Assembly: GCF_028368995.1 (NCBI RefSeq)
Contig: NZ_JAQNDL010000002.1
Location: forward strand, 1,888,001-1,952,000
From: Nannocystis bainbridge
Lineage (GTDB): Bacteria; Myxococcota_A; Polyangia; Nannocystales; Nannocystaceae
Reading direction: 5' to 3'
Length of the DNA stretch: 64,000 bases
This document shows, piece after piece, positions 38,753 through 50,754 of this stretch. A model generated the notes under the pieces. It ran no database searches. It had not been told where the DNA came from and was given only the letters and a program-made list of their open reading frames with translations. Both the position numbers and the translations under genes were made by a program. Within the stretch, counting starts at the first letter, position 1; each line of letters begins with the position of its first letter.

Positions 38753-38958
38753 CGCACCAGCCTATCACGCGCGCAGGGCCGCGCAGCGCCTCTGAGGCGG
38801 CTTCCGGGGCCTCGTTGTCCGGCTCGCGCGTTCTCCGCTGCGGGCGAGCCCGGCGGCGCTCGTCGCGGACAAAGCTTGCTACACTGTGCGGACCCTATGG
38901 GTGACCCCCCCAGTAAGGCCCACGGCCGCTTGGACGGGCCGAGGAGCAGCGAACGTCG

Positions 38959-40287
38959 ATGAGCGACCTCCTGCGACTCGTCTCTCTGTTCTTCCTCGTC
39001 CTGATCAACGGCTTCTTCGTCGCGGCCGAGTTCGCGCTCGTCAGCGTGCGACGCACGCGGATCGAGCAGCTCGCCAACGAAGGCAACACGCTCGCGCGCC
39101 TCACCCACAAGGTGCTGCAGGACCTCGACCTCTACATCGCCGCCACCCAGCTCGGCATCACGATGGCGAGCCTGCTGATCGGCTTCATTGCCGAGCCCGC
39201 GATCGAGCACCTCGTCGCGCCGAGCCTGCTCGAGTGGGGCTACCAGCCCGAGAACGTCAAGACCATCTCGTTCGCGCTCGCCTTCGGCATGTCGACCGCC
39301 CTGCACATCGTGTTCGGCGAGCTGGCGCCCAAGTCGCTGGCGCTGCAGCGGGCCGAGCAGGTCTCCCTGGCGATCTCGGTGCCGATGATCGCCTTCACGA
39401 CGCTGTTCCGCCCGGTCATCTGGGTCCTCAACGTCACCGGCAACGGCGTCGTCCGCATGTTCGGCCTCCGCCCCGTGCCCGGCCATCACTCGGCCCACTC
39501 CGAAGAGGAGATCCGCATGATCGTGTCGGCGTCGCGGCAGGAGGGCGTGCTCGAGGAGCAGGAGAAGGAGTTCCTCAACAACGTGTTCGACCTGTCGGAC
39601 ACGCCGGTGCGCGCCATCATGACCCCGCGCGTCGACATGATCGCGCTCGACGAGACCGTCTCGCTGCGCCGCTTCATGTCGCTCAACGAGGAGCACCAGT
39701 ACTCGCGCGTCCCGATCTACCGCGACACCAACGACAAGGTCATCGGCATCGCCTACGTCGGCGACGTGCTCAAGCACCTCGACCACCTCGACGAGGTCAC
39801 CGTCGGCAGCGTCGCCCGTCCGGCTGTGTTCGCCCCCGAGAACATGAAGGTCATCGACCTGTTCTCGCTGTTCCAGAAGAAGAAGACCCACATGGCGATC
39901 GTCGTCGACGAGTTCGGCGGCACCGCCGGCGTCGTCACCCTCGAGGACGCGCTCGAGGAGGTCGTCGGCGAGATCTACGACGAGAACGACGAGCCCGACG
40001 ACGAGAAGCAGGTCCGTGACATCGGCGACGGCACCTTCCTTTTCGACGCGATGATCAACGTCTCCGAGGTCGAGAAGACCCTCGCCGTCGACCTCGACGA
40101 CGAGATCCAGGGCAACTACGAGACGCTCTCGGGCTTCCTGTTCCACAAGTTCGAGTACATCCCGCAGGTCGGCGAGGAGGTCGAAGCCGAGGGCTGGACC
40201 TTCCACGTCGCCGAGGCCGACGAGCGCCGCGTCATCAAGATCCGCGCCTTCCGCAAGCAGCCCCCGCCGGCCGAAGCCCCGACCTGA
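38959..40287 (+). CDS. CNNM/CBS/CorC (hemolysin family, TlyC-like) transporter
   Basis: [57 protein letters not shown]. Confidence 0.93.
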   Translation: MSDLLRLVSLFFLVLINGFFVAAEFALVSVRRTRIEQLANEGNTLARLTHKVLQDLDLYIAATQLGITMASLLIGFIAEPAIEHLVAPSLLEWGYQPENVKTISFALAFGMSTALHIVFGELAPKSLALQRAEQVSLAISVPMIAFTTLFRPVIWVLNVTGNGVVRMFGLRPVPGHHSAHSEEEIRMIVSASRQEGVLEEQEKEFLNNVFDLSDTPVRAIMTPRVDMIALDETVSLRRFMSLNEEHQYSRVPIYRDTNDKVIGIAYVGDVLKHLDHLDEVTVGSVARPAVFAPENMKVIDLFSLFQKKKTHMAIVVDEFGGTAGVVTLEDALEEVVGEIYDENDEPDDEKQVRDIGDGTFLFDAMINVSEVEKTLAVDLDDEIQGNYETLSGFLFHKFEYIPQVGEEVEAEGWTFHVAEADERRVIKIRAFRKQPPPAEAPT

Positions 40288-40309
40288 GCCGGCTCCGGTC
40301 GGACCGACC

Positions 40310-40337
40310 TGGCCTTCGTGACATGTCCCGAAGGCCA
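40310..40337. repeat. Two abutting 14-bp units at a convergent junction
   Basis: tggcc ttcg tgaca|tgtcc cgaa ggcca. Confidence 0.7.
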
Positions 40338-40351
40338 CCCGCTCGCCCGCG

Positions 40352-40870
40352 CTACCGATCGAGCGCCGCCAGCGCCCGCCGCAGCGCCAGCTCGGCCAGC
40401 GCGTGCGCGACCCGCCCCTCGGCCAGCATCGCCTCGACCTCCGCGCGCCCCATCACCACCGGCGCCACGACCTCGTCCGCGTCCGCGTCCGGCGCTCCCA
40501 CCCGCACCGCGCCGCGGACCAGGAAGAAGTGGCAGCGGTTGTCCTGCAGCACCGGATTGGGGTGCGTCGAGCCCAGCGGCTCGGCCGTGGTCCCCGCGTA
40601 ACCAGTCTCTTCGCGCAGCTCTCGCAGCGCCGCGCTCGCCGGCGCCTCCCCGGCGTCGACCAGCCCCCCGGCGGGCTCGATCGTCTCCGCCGCGATGCCG
40701 AAGCGGTGCTGGCGGACCAGCACGAACTGCCCCGCCGCGTCGACCGCCACCGCCATCACCCAGTCGGGCATTCTCAGCAGCGTCACCGGCGACCCGCGCC
40801 CCGCGAGCTCGACCGTCTCGACGCGAAAGAACCCGGCGTCGAACACCTCGCGGCGACGTACCTCGCGCAT
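40352..40870 (-). CDS. NUDIX hydrolase (ADP-ribose pyrophosphatase-like)
   Basis: LVRQHR and Nudix box GGLVDAGEAPASAALRELREETG. Confidence 0.9.
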   Translation of the reverse strand: MREVRRREVFDAGFFRVETVELAGRGSPVTLLRMPDWVMAVAVDAAGQFVLVRQHRFGIAAETIEPAGGLVDAGEAPASAALRELREETGYAGTTAEPLGSTHPNPVLQDNRCHFFLVRGAVRVGAPDADADEVVAPVVMGRAEVEAMLAEGRVAHALAELALRRALAALDR

Positions 40871-40913
40871 CGCCCGGTGATACCACGGCCTCCGCCGCGG
40901 CCGTCACCTCACG

Positions 40914-40941
40914 TGCCCGAAAGGACATGCCCGAAGGGACA
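40914..40941. repeat. Two abutting 14-bp units in a divergent intergenic region
   Basis: tgccc gaaa ggaca|tgccc gaag ggaca. Confidence 0.8.
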
Positions 40942-41041
40942 TCCTGCGCCCCGGGCGCAGCCCGTCGCCGCGGTCCGAAAATAATTTCGAAGACTCGCCG
41001 GGCCCACGCGTAGAGCCCCATCGACCCTCCCGGAGCCCGAC

Positions 41042-41848
41042 ATGCCGCGCCCTCACCCCCTCCTCCTCCTCGCCTTCCCCCTCGCGCTCGCCTGCCAGGC
41101 CCCCGCGGCCGCCCCCGCCCCCACGGTCCCGGCAGCTCAGGCGCCTGCCGCCGCGCCCGAAGTCAGCGACGAGCCGCAGCTCCGCACCTACGCCGTCCCG
41201 CCCGGGCAAGCGCGCTCGATCGAGAACGCCCTCTCGAGCGCCCTCTCGACCGGCAAGGGCCTGCCGCCGCTCGGCACCGTCGAGCGCTTGCCCGACGGCC
41301 GCCTCGTCGTCGTCGCCCCGCCGCAGATCCAGGACGGCATCGCCGACCTGATCGCCGGCCTCGATCCCGCCAACGCCCCGCCCGTGCGCACCGCCGAGCT
41401 CGACTACTGGATCGTCATCGGCGAGCCCGCCGTGGCCGCCGAGGGCGTCGACGCCGTCCCTGCCATCGCCCCCGCGCTGCAGGCCATCGTCGGCAGTCAG
41501 GGCCCGATGCGCTTCCGCCTCCACGAGGCCATGCACCTGTCCTCGCTCATCGACGACGGCGCCGAGGCCGACGGCGCGCGCATGCGTGCGCGCCAGCTCG
41601 TCTCCGAAGTCGGCGGGCGGCTCGTCGCCGACCTCGACATCGCCGTCGCCCAGACCGCCAAAAATCGCGGTCACCTCGTCGTCTGCGCCGACGGCTGCCT
41701 GCAGTTCAAGTCGCGCGTCCACGTCGAGCCCGGCCAGCTCCTGGTCGTCGGTCAGGCCAGCTTCGACGCGACCGACGCCAAGGCTCCCTCTGCCCCGCAG
41801 ACCCTGTTCTACATCATCCGCGGGCAGATCCGGTCCGGAGGCGCGTGA
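41042..41848 (+). CDS. Hypothetical lipoprotein (secretin N-domain-like start)
   Basis: Lipobox LALAC; LRTYAVP...PDGRLVVVAP..IQ..I..LI..LD. Confidence 0.75.
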   Translation: MPRPHPLLLLAFPLALACQAPAAAPAPTVPAAQAPAAAPEVSDEPQLRTYAVPPGQARSIENALSSALSTGKGLPPLGTVERLPDGRLVVVAPPQIQDGIADLIAGLDPANAPPVRTAELDYWIVIGEPAVAAEGVDAVPAIAPALQAIVGSQGPMRFRLHEAMHLSSLIDDGAEADGARMRARQLVSEVGGRLVADLDIAVAQTAKNRGHLVVCADGCLQFKSRVHVEPGQLLVVGQASFDATDAKAPSAPQTLFYIIRGQIRSGGA

Positions 41849-42390
41849 CCGATCCGGCGCCACCTCCCGGCCTGACGGCCGGCGACGTCGAGCAGCTGTT
41901 CCTGCAGATGGAGCGCCCGCTCTTCAACGTCGTCTACCGCTGGTTGTGGGACCGCGACGAGTCCGCCGAGCTGGTCCAGGAGACCTTCGCCCGGCTCTGG
42001 CAGGCTCGCGCTCGCGTGCGACCCGACACCGCCGGCGCCTTCGTCTACCGGATCGCCGTCAACCTCGCGGCCAGCCGCCGCCGCTGGCGAGCGCTGCGGC
42101 GCTTCGTCGCCCTCGACGACAGCTCGCCCGACCTCGGCGTCCAGCCCGACCTCGCCATCCTCGGCGCCGAGCGGGCCGCCGCCGTGCGGGCCGCCGTCGA
42201 CGCCTTGCCCGAGAAGCTGCGGCGCGTGCTCGTCCTCTGCGAGCTGTCCGACCTCACCTACGCCGACGTCGCCGCCGCCCTCGAGATCCCCGTCGGCACT
42301 GTCGGCTCGCGCCGCCACGCCGCCGCCGAACAAGTCCGCCGCCACCTCCAGGCCCAGGAGCACCGCCGTGAAGCCACCGTCCGAAGATGA
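41845..42390 (+). CDS. ECF RNA polymerase sigma-70 factor
   Basis: ELVQETFARLW, FVYRIAVN, ALPEKLRRVLVL...LTYADVAAALEIPVGTVGSR. Confidence 0.92.
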   Translation: MTDPAPPPGLTAGDVEQLFLQMERPLFNVVYRWLWDRDESAELVQETFARLWQARARVRPDTAGAFVYRIAVNLAASRRRWRALRRFVALDDSSPDLGVQPDLAILGAERAAAVRAAVDALPEKLRRVLVLCELSDLTYADVAAALEIPVGTVGSRRHAAAEQVRRHLQAQEHRREATVRR

Positions 42391-42775
42391 CCTGAAGGAC
42401 ATGTTCGTCGTCCTCGACCCGCCGCCCGGCGGCCTCGCGCGCCTGCGAGCCCGCCGCGACGCGCCTGTCCGCGCCCGCTGGCCGTGGCTGCTCGCCGGCG
42501 CCGGCCTCGCCACGGCCGCGGCCGTGCTCGCCCTGTCGCTCCGCCCCGTCGAAGTCCCGGCGCCGCTCCCCGCGCCCGTGGCTGCACCGGTCGACCTCAT
42601 CGCCGGCCGCACCGACCTCCACCCCGCGTGGATCGGCCTCGGCCGCGTCGCCCCGCCCACCGAGCCGCTGCAGCTCGCCCCCGAGCTCGGCGGCGCCCTC
42701 GCCTCCCGCCGCGTCGCCCTGCCGCGCCAGGACGTCGTCCTCTACATGCTCGACCCCAAGGGACATGCCCCATGA
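42368..42775 (+). CDS. Putative single-TM anti-sigma factor
   Basis: Overlaps the sigma gene end; short N-terminal domain, one TM segment (WPWLLAGAGLATAAAVLAL), Pro-rich tail. Confidence 0.65.
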   Translation: MKPPSEDDLKDMFVVLDPPPGGLARLRARRDAPVRARWPWLLAGAGLATAAAVLALSLRPVEVPAPLPAPVAAPVDLIAGRTDLHPAWIGLGRVAPPTEPLQLAPELGGALASRRVALPRQDVVLYMLDPKGHAP

Positions 42776-42821
42776 ACCATGTCCGAAACGACATGTCGCA
42801 TTCGACATGTCCCCATGTTCA
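42761..42821. repeat. Four 14-bp units spanning both stop codons of a convergent pair
   Basis: ggaca|tgccc catg aacca|tgtcc gaaa cgaca|tgtcg catt cgaca|tgtcc ccat gttca. Confidence 0.85.
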
Positions 42822-43670
42822 CGCGCCCCGCTCGCCTGCGTCCCCGCGCCGGCCGAAGAACAGCAGCAGGTGCAGCAGCATCAGCGCGTGGAACAGCAGC
42901 GACACCCGCATCGATCCGGCGATCCCCGCGTGCAGCAGCACCAGCCCCGCCGCCGCCGCCGGGCGCGTGCGGGCGAACCACAGCCCGAACCCGATCGCCA
43001 GCTCGAGCGCGATCGTCGACCACGCCAGCAACAGCGCCAGCCCGGGCGTCAGCGGCAGCCACGCCGACAGCAGGTGCTGGCCCTGGTGCGCCGAGCGGAA
43101 CACCAGCACCACCGCCTCGCCGGTCCACCAGGATGTCCCTCCGGCCAGCTTCGACAGCGCCGCGAACACGTACACCGCCGACAGCTGCAGCATCATCAAG
43201 CGCGCCGCCCAGCGCGGCCCGCGGGGGCCAGTCGGCGCCGCTGCCACGAACCCCCACTGCAGCGCCGCCAGCTCCGCGTAGGCCCGCGGCGCGCTCGCCT
43301 CGAGCCCCACCAGCAGCGCGAACACGGCCGCCGTCGCCACCCGCGCCGCCCGGCCTCCGCGCCCGGCCGCCACCGTCGCCGCCGCCGCCAGCAGCACCAC
43401 CAGCAGCCCGGTGACAAGCTCCGGCGGCGGCACCCAGCCGCCGAGCACCGCGTCGAGTCGGCCGTCGCGCAGCACCGGCCGGCTGTAAAGCTCCACCCGG
43501 TGCGGCCACTGCGTCAGCGCGTACGCACCTGTCCACAAGGCCAGGCCGCGAGCGAACCGCTGCGTCCGCCCCGTCGCCTCCTCGGCGAAGAAGAACCGCA
43601 ACAGCCGCCCCGGCTCGCGCCGCGGCCGCTCGGGCCCCGCGAACACCGGCAGCTCCGCCGCCTCAGCCAC
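42819..43670 (-). CDS. HTTM-domain membrane protein
   Basis: RLMMLQLSAVYVFAALSKL..G.SWWTGEAV; WSTIALEL...LLHAGI...F. Confidence 0.82.
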   Translation of the reverse strand: MAEAAELPVFAGPERPRREPGRLLRFFFAEEATGRTQRFARGLALWTGAYALTQWPHRVELYSRPVLRDGRLDAVLGGWVPPPELVTGLLVVLLAAAATVAAGRGGRAARVATAAVFALLVGLEASAPRAYAELAALQWGFVAAAPTGPRGPRWAARLMMLQLSAVYVFAALSKLAGGTSWWTGEAVVLVFRSAHQGQHLLSAWLPLTPGLALLLAWSTIALELAIGFGLWFARTRPAAAAGLVLLHAGIAGSMRVSLLFHALMLLHLLLFFGRRGDAGERGA

Positions 43671-44112
43671 CGTCCACCTTGTACTGCCCGATCGTCGCCG
43701 CCCCGGTCGACTCGTCCCGCAGGTCGCGCCAGCGCCGGACCAGCCGCACCTTGTCGATCGGCTGCCCGTCGGCGGCCATGCGCGCCGCCAGCCACGTTGC
43801 GAACGTCTGCCGCCCGGCCAGGCGCCCCGGTTCGAACACCGTCGCGCTGTACTCGTACGCCCGCTCGCCCGTCGCCCCGCGCGTGTGCTCGAAGTACTGC
43901 TCGAGCGGGATCGGCACCCACGTCCCGTCGGCCGTGCGCCCCTCCGCCGTCAGCGTGCGCTCGACCGGCGACGGATCGCTGAACATCCGCCACGGCAACG
44001 GCGCCCCCAGCGGCGGCGGCAGCGGCAGCAGCCCGCGCACCAGCGCGAGCGCCTGCACCGCCAGCCACACCGCGACGACCACGACCGCCAGCCTGTGTGG
44101 TTGTTCGGACAT
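43663..44112 (-). CDS. Hypothetical membrane-anchored partner of the HTTM protein
   Basis: N-terminal TM segment, PWRMFS motif, overlaps the HTTM start. Confidence 0.7.
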   Translation of the reverse strand: MSEQPHRLAVVVVAVWLAVQALALVRGLLPLPPPLGAPLPWRMFSDPSPVERTLTAEGRTADGTWVPIPLEQYFEHTRGATGERAYEYSATVFEPGRLAGRQTFATWLAARMAADGQPIDKVRLVRRWRDLRDESTGAATIGQYKVDGG

Positions 44113-44150
44113 GTCCCGAAATTCATGCCCCTACGGGCAGGTCAGGCCGC

Positions 44151-45086
44151 TCAGCCCTGCTTGACGCCGATGGTCTCGCTCTCGGGCGCCGCCTCGTACC
44201 ACGGCAGCCCGGCCTCTTCGCTGTGCTGCAGCTCCGAGATGATCTGCGCCCCGAGCAGGATGATGAGCGTGCCGATCTCGAGCGTCAACAGGGCGATGAT
44301 CACCGTGGCCAGCGAGCCGTAGACCACGTTCACCAGCGAGATCTTGGAGAAGTAGACCATCAGCGCCCGGCGCAGCACGTCCCACAGCAGCGCCGCCGCC
44401 ACCCCGCCGGTCAGCGCCCGCCGCCACGACACCTCGGTGATCGGCATGACGCGGTAGGCCGCGGTGAACATGAAGATCAGCGTGACGATGCCGCTCAGCT
44501 TGAGCACGAACGCCGGACCTGACCCGAGAGCCAGCTGATAGCCGAACAGCATCAACTCGGCATCCGCCAGCCGCTCGAGCAGCGCCACCAGGATCGTCAA
44601 GATCAGCAGGCCGCCGGCGATCGCTACGATGAAGATGTAAGGCAACAGCGCCGACATCCAGAAGCTGCGCTTCCGGCGGGCCCGGCTGCGGGCGAAGATC
44701 ACCGCCAGCGCGCCCTCGAGCATCTTGAACGCCCACGTGCTGAAGAACAGCATCACCCCGAGCCCGATCCCGCCGACCAGGTCGCGGTTGTCGAGCAGGC
44801 TGACGACCTCGCCGATGATCACGTCGGCCTGGTTGGGGATCAGGAGGTTGAGCTCGTGGCTGACGATCTCGGTCAGCTGCTCGACGTCCCACACGTGGGT
44901 CAGCGCCACCAGCACCACCGCCATCATCGGCACGATCGAGAGCAGCGCGTTGTAGGCGACCCCGCCGGCCAGCAGCAGCGCCTTGTTCTTGCCGAGGTGA
45001 CGCAGCACCCGCAGCAGAAAATGGCCGAGCCGCCGGGACAGCAGCGAGGCGGCTGCGAGCGCAGCGGAATAGCGGCCTTCAGGCAT
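44151..45086 (-). CDS. YihY/virulence factor BrkB family membrane protein
   Basis: AGGVAYNALLSIVP, YRVMP, VYGSLA...ILLGAQI. Confidence 0.9.
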   Translation of the reverse strand: MPEGRYSAALAAASLLSRRLGHFLLRVLRHLGKNKALLLAGGVAYNALLSIVPMMAVVLVALTHVWDVEQLTEIVSHELNLLIPNQADVIIGEVVSLLDNRDLVGGIGLGVMLFFSTWAFKMLEGALAVIFARSRARRKRSFWMSALLPYIFIVAIAGGLLILTILVALLERLADAELMLFGYQLALGSGPAFVLKLSGIVTLIFMFTAAYRVMPITEVSWRRALTGGVAAALLWDVLRRALMVYFSKISLVNVVYGSLATVIIALLTLEIGTLIILLGAQIISELQHSEEAGLPWYEAAPESETIGVKQG

Positions 45087-45202
45087 CGGGCGCGGCTACC
45101 ATACGCCGTTTTACGCGGTTCGGGCACCGCGCCGGGTCACGCCGTGACCGGGCGGGCGGGCTTTTCTCCGCCCGCGCGGCCTGCTATGCCGCGCCCCGGC
45201 GC

Positions 45203-46075
45203 ATGAACTACCGTCATGAATTTCACGCGGGCAACGCCGCGGACGTGTTCAAGCACGTGGTCTTGCTGCAGCTCGTGCGCCGCCTCCAGCACAAACCCGC
45301 CCCGCTCTGCTACGTCGACACCCACGCCGGGCGCGGCCGCTACGTGCTGGATCAGGGGGGCGCCGCGCGTTCGCGCGAATTTCAGCGCGGCATCGCCCGG
45401 CTGTGGGCCTCGCGCGGCGCGGCGGACCTGCCGCCCGAAATTGCCGATTACCTCGCGCGCGTCGCCGAACTCAACACCAGCGGCGCACTCGCCACCTATC
45501 CTGGCTCGCCGCGGCTGGTCCGGTCGATCTTGCGACCTGACGATCGCATGATCCTGTGCGAGCTCCAGCCCGCGGAGGCCGCCGCTTTGCGCGACGAGTT
45601 CAGCGTGCGCGGCGACCACCGCCCGCGGCGCGATCCGCAGGTGGCGGTCCACGAGCGCGACGGCTACGAGGCCCTCGCCGCCTTGTTGCCGCCGACCCCG
45701 CGCCGCGGCCTCGTCCTCATCGATCCGCCGTACGAGCGCCCCGACGAATTCGCCGCCGCCCTCGCCGCCCTGGAGCTCGCGCGCCGGCGCTGGCCGCAGG
45801 CCTGCGCCGCCTTGTGGTACCCGATCAAGGGTCCGCTCGCCGCCACCTTGCTGCACGCCGCCGTGCTGCGCGCCGGCCTGCGCGACGTCCTGAGCGTCGA
45901 GCTGCGGACGAGGCCTGACGACCCCGCCGTGCTCAGCGGTTCCGGGCTGATCCTCGCCGGCGCCCCCTGGCAGACCGACACCGTGCTCGGCGCGCTCTTG
46001 CCCCGGCTCGCCGCGCTCCTGGCCGAGGACGAGTTCCCCGGCGACGCCCGCGTCGACTGGCTGGTCCCGCCCTGA
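45203..46075 (+). CDS. rlmJ: 23S rRNA m6A2030 methyltransferase
   Basis: MNYRHEFHAGNAADVFKH, DTHAGRG, YPGSP, LIDPPYE, WYPIK. Confidence 0.96.
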   Translation: MNYRHEFHAGNAADVFKHVVLLQLVRRLQHKPAPLCYVDTHAGRGRYVLDQGGAARSREFQRGIARLWASRGAADLPPEIADYLARVAELNTSGALATYPGSPRLVRSILRPDDRMILCELQPAEAAALRDEFSVRGDHRPRRDPQVAVHERDGYEALAALLPPTPRRGLVLIDPPYERPDEFAAALAALELARRRWPQACAALWYPIKGPLAATLLHAAVLRAGLRDVLSVELRTRPDDPAVLSGSGLILAGAPWQTDTVLGALLPRLAALLAEDEFPGDARVDWLVPP

Positions 46076-46087
46076 TACGGTGCAGGC

Positions 46088-46678
46088 ATGGACGTCGCCC
46101 CCTGTGCGTTCTGCGAACTCCCGCACACAAGTGACAACCTCCGCCGCGACTACGAGCTCGACTTCTGCGAACGCTGCGCCGAAGGCCACGCCGAGGTCGC
46201 GCTGCGCGAGCGAGGCCACACCATCGTGTCGCGCGAGTGGCAGACGCGCGAGCGCGTCGGCAGCGACTTCTACACCTTCTATCACTACTCGATCACCGCA
46301 CGCCCGCGCGTCAGCCTGTCGTTCCGCGCCAGCTTCGCCCGCGAGAGCACCCTCGATCGCATGATCAAGGTGTTCCGCCGCGACCTCACCGTGGGCGACC
46401 CGCTGTTCGACGACTTCATCTACATCAGCACGCGCGACCGGGCCCAGGTCACCCTGATGCTCGACAGCACCGGCACCCAGGCGACCTTGATGGACCTCGT
46501 CAGCCGCTTCAGCAGCGTGTTCTTCGACGGCGGCGCCTTCGAGGTCCGCGAGCGCGGCACCGAGTCGATCAGCCCCGACCTCCCCGCCATGCTGTCGGTA
46601 GCCGCCATGCTCGTCCACCTCGAGCGCGCCGCCGAGGCCGCCGCCGCCCCGCCGACCGCGACGCCCGCTGAGACCTGA
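46088..46678 (+). CDS. Hypothetical protein with N-terminal CxxC...CxxC
   Basis: CAFC...CERC; GDPLFDDFIYI; GC3-rich codons. Confidence 0.7.
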   Translation: MDVAPCAFCELPHTSDNLRRDYELDFCERCAEGHAEVALRERGHTIVSREWQTRERVGSDFYTFYHYSITARPRVSLSFRASFARESTLDRMIKVFRRDLTVGDPLFDDFIYISTRDRAQVTLMLDSTGTQATLMDLVSRFSSVFFDGGAFEVRERGTESISPDLPAMLSVAAMLVHLERAAEAAAAPPTATPAET

Positions 46679-46815
46679 GCCTGCCGGCATGTCGCCCGGG
46701 ACATGTCCTCGGGCCCATGTACGAACGCGCATGTCCGCAAGGACATGCCCGAACGCGCATGTTCTCCAGGACATGCACGAACGAGCATGTCCGCGAGGAC
46801 ATGCTCGTTCCGTCA
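46676..46815. repeat. Ten-unit head-to-tail array of the 14-bp palindrome
   Basis: tgagc ctgc cggca|tgtcg cccg ggaca|tgtcc tcgg gccca|tgtac gaac gcgca|tgtcc gcaa ggaca|tgccc gaac gcgca|tgttc tcca ggaca|tgcac gaac gagca|tgtcc gcga ggaca|tgctc gttc cgtca. Confidence 0.93.
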
Positions 46816-46832
46816 GGCCCCTCGAGGCAGGC

Positions 46833-47630
46833 TCAGACCCGCCGGGTCCCGCCGCGCAGCGCCGCCACCAGCTCGCCCAGGGCCGCCGGGCCGCGCTGTC
46901 CGGCCTCGACCAGCGCCGAGCCGACCACCACGCCGTCGGCGTGCCGGGCCAGCGCGCGCACGTCCTCGGCCTTGCGCACGCCGAAGCCGACCACGATCGG
47001 CAGCGAGCTCGCGCCGCGCAGCGTCGCCAGCCCCGCGTGCAGGCCGGCGTCGCTCGCGTCGAGCGGCGCCCCCGTCACGCCGGTGAGGCTCACCGCGTAG
47101 ACGAACCCGCTGCTGGCCGCCAGCACGCGCGCGCGGCGGGCCGGCGTGGTCGTCGGCGCGACCAGCCCGATCCATCCGAGCCCGCGGGCGCTCGCCGGTC
47201 CGCGCAGCACCTCCGCGTGCTCCGGCGGCATGTCGACCACCAGCAGCGCGTCGACCCCCGCCTCGGCTGTCTCTCGGGCCAGGCGCTCCGGCCCGAAGCT
47301 GACCAGCGGGTTCGCGTACGAGAACAGCACGATCGGCAGCTCGAAGCGCTGACGGATCTCCGCCGCCAGCGCCAACGAGCCCGCCATGGACGCCCCGCTG
47401 GCCAGCGCGCGGGTCATCGCCGCCTGGATCGTCGGGCCGTCGGCCGCCGGATCGGAGAACGGTACCCCGAGCTCGAGCACGTCGAGCCCGGCCTCGCAGG
47501 CGGCGAAGATCCGCTCGCGCGAGCCGGCGCGATCCGGATCGAACCCGGTCAGGTAACCGACCAGGGCCGCGCGGTCCTCCGCGCGCGCCCGGGCGAACGC
47601 AGCCGTGACGCGATCCACTCCGGCGCTCAT
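46833..47630 (-). CDS. trpA: Tryptophan synthase alpha chain
   Basis: [42 protein letters not shown]. Confidence 0.97.
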   Translation of the reverse strand: MSAGVDRVTAAFARARAEDRAALVGYLTGFDPDRAGSRERIFAACEAGLDVLELGVPFSDPAADGPTIQAAMTRALASGASMAGSLALAAEIRQRFELPIVLFSYANPLVSFGPERLARETAEAGVDALLVVDMPPEHAEVLRGPASARGLGWIGLVAPTTTPARRARVLAASSGFVYAVSLTGVTGAPLDASDAGLHAGLATLRGASSLPIVVGFGVRKAEDVRALARHADGVVVGSALVEAGQRGPAALGELVAALRGGTRRV

Positions 47631-48943
47631 GTCCCCTCCTTGCGCTCGCCGCTCGCCGCGGCCGCTTGATGGGCCGCGCGGGCCGCCTTGCGCCCCTGCT
47701 CCGCCTCCTCGATGAGCGACAGCGTCGCCGGATCGAGGTGCGTCATCACCGTGTGCATGTCCTTGTCACCGCGGCCCGAGACGTTGACGAGCACCACCGC
47801 CTCCGGCCCGAGCTCGCGGATCACCGCCGGCAGGGCAGCGATCGCGTGGGCGGTCTCGAGCGCCGGGATGATGCCCTCGGTGCGGGCCAGCAGCTCGGTG
47901 GCCGCCAGCGCCTCGCGGTCGGAGATCCCCAGGTAGCGCGCGCGCCCGGTCGCGTGCAGGTGCGCGTGCTCGGGGCCGATTCCCGGGTAGTCGAGCCCGG
48001 CCGAGATCGAGTGGGCCTCGAGCAGCTGGCCGTCGTCGGTCTGCAGGACCAGGCTGCGCATCCCGTGGAACACGCCGATCCGGCCCTTCGCCATCGTCGC
48101 CGCGTGCCGGCCCTGCAGCCCCTCGCCGGTCGCCTCGACCCCGAACAGCTGAACCGCCTTGTCGGGCACGAACGCCGCGAACAGCCCCATCGCGTTCGAG
48201 CCGCCGCCGACGCACGCCACCGCCGCGTCGGGCAGGCGGCCGATCCGGTCGAGGATCTGCGCCCGCGCCTCGTCGCCGATCACCCGCTGCAGCTCGCGCA
48301 CCATCAGCGGGTACGGGTCGGGGCCCATCACGCTGCCGATCACGTAGTGCGTGTCGGCCACGCTGGCGACCCAGTCGCGCAGCGCCGCGTTGATCGCGTC
48401 CTTCAAGGTCGCCGACCCGCTCGTCACCGGCCGGACCTCGGCTCCGAGCAGGCGCATCCGCACCACGTTCAGCGCCTGGCGGGACACGTCCTCGGCGCCC
48501 ATGTACACCGTGCACGGCATCCCGAAGTACGCGCAGGCCGTCGCCGTCGCCACCCCGTGCTGCCCCGCCCCTGTCTCGGCGATGATGCGGGTCTTGCCGA
48601 GCCGACGGGCCAGCAGCACCTGGCCGATGCAGTTGTTGATCTTGTGCGCCCCGGTGTGGTTCAGGTCCTCGCGCTTGAGGAAGATCCGCCCGCCGCCGAC
48701 CGCCGCCGGCAGCCGGCGCGCCTCCGTCAGCGGCGTCGGTCGACCCACGTAGTCGCGGAGGATCGCCCGGTACTCGTCGACGAACGCCGGATCGGTCCAG
48801 GCCTGCGGCCACGCGCGGGCCAGCTCCTCGACCGCCGGCATCAGCGTCTCGGCCACATAGCGCCCGCCGAACTCACCGAATTCACCCAGCAGCTCGGGCG
48901 GGCCGCGGAGCAGGTTGTCATCCTCGGGGTGTACCGCGGTCAT
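47627..48943 (-). CDS. trpB: Tryptophan synthase beta chain
   Basis: [49 protein letters not shown]; start set to ATG 48943. Confidence 0.97.
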   Translation of the reverse strand: MTAVHPEDDNLLRGPPELLGEFGEFGGRYVAETLMPAVEELARAWPQAWTDPAFVDEYRAILRDYVGRPTPLTEARRLPAAVGGGRIFLKREDLNHTGAHKINNCIGQVLLARRLGKTRIIAETGAGQHGVATATACAYFGMPCTVYMGAEDVSRQALNVVRMRLLGAEVRPVTSGSATLKDAINAALRDWVASVADTHYVIGSVMGPDPYPLMVRELQRVIGDEARAQILDRIGRLPDAAVACVGGGSNAMGLFAAFVPDKAVQLFGVEATGEGLQGRHAATMAKGRIGVFHGMRSLVLQTDDGQLLEAHSISAGLDYPGIGPEHAHLHATGRARYLGISDREALAATELLARTEGIIPALETAHAIAALPAVIRELGPEAVVLVNVSGRGDKDMHTVMTHLDPATLSLIEEAEQGRKAARAAHQAAAASGERKEGT

Positions 48944-49202
48944 GCGCCGGGGGATGGTAACACCGATCGTGAAGCCCCCTGCGCGGGCGCTATCGCCACC
49001 GCCGCGCTGGCCCGCGCACTCACCTGTCCCAAAGTTCAGCTCGTACCCGTGACCACCGCCAGCGGTCCAGGCGCCAGCTCTGCATTCGGGGTCTATCAAC
49101 CTCGCAAAGAGGCCGATAAACCCCAGGGCGAATCGCGGCTGGACCTCGGGGTCTTGCCGGCGTCGCCTCTTCTACCCGCGTGAATGGGATATCGTAGGAC
49201 CG

Positions 49203-50648
<1,446 letters not shown>

Positions 50649-50754
50649 GCCCCGGCGCAGCCCAGCCCAGGCCCGCGCCCTGAGCCCGACACTCGCGGTC
50701 GGGGCCATCCAAGCACGAGCGTGCCGCGCCCTCCGGCCCACCTCGTGCCGCACC

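Noticed and set aside
46420-46802. Short ORFs with TCP/GHV/DMS/ACP peptide repeats (also near 4400, 25900, 31900, 59500)
   Set aside because: These are translations of the 14-bp DNA arrays in rotating frames, not evidence of proteins.
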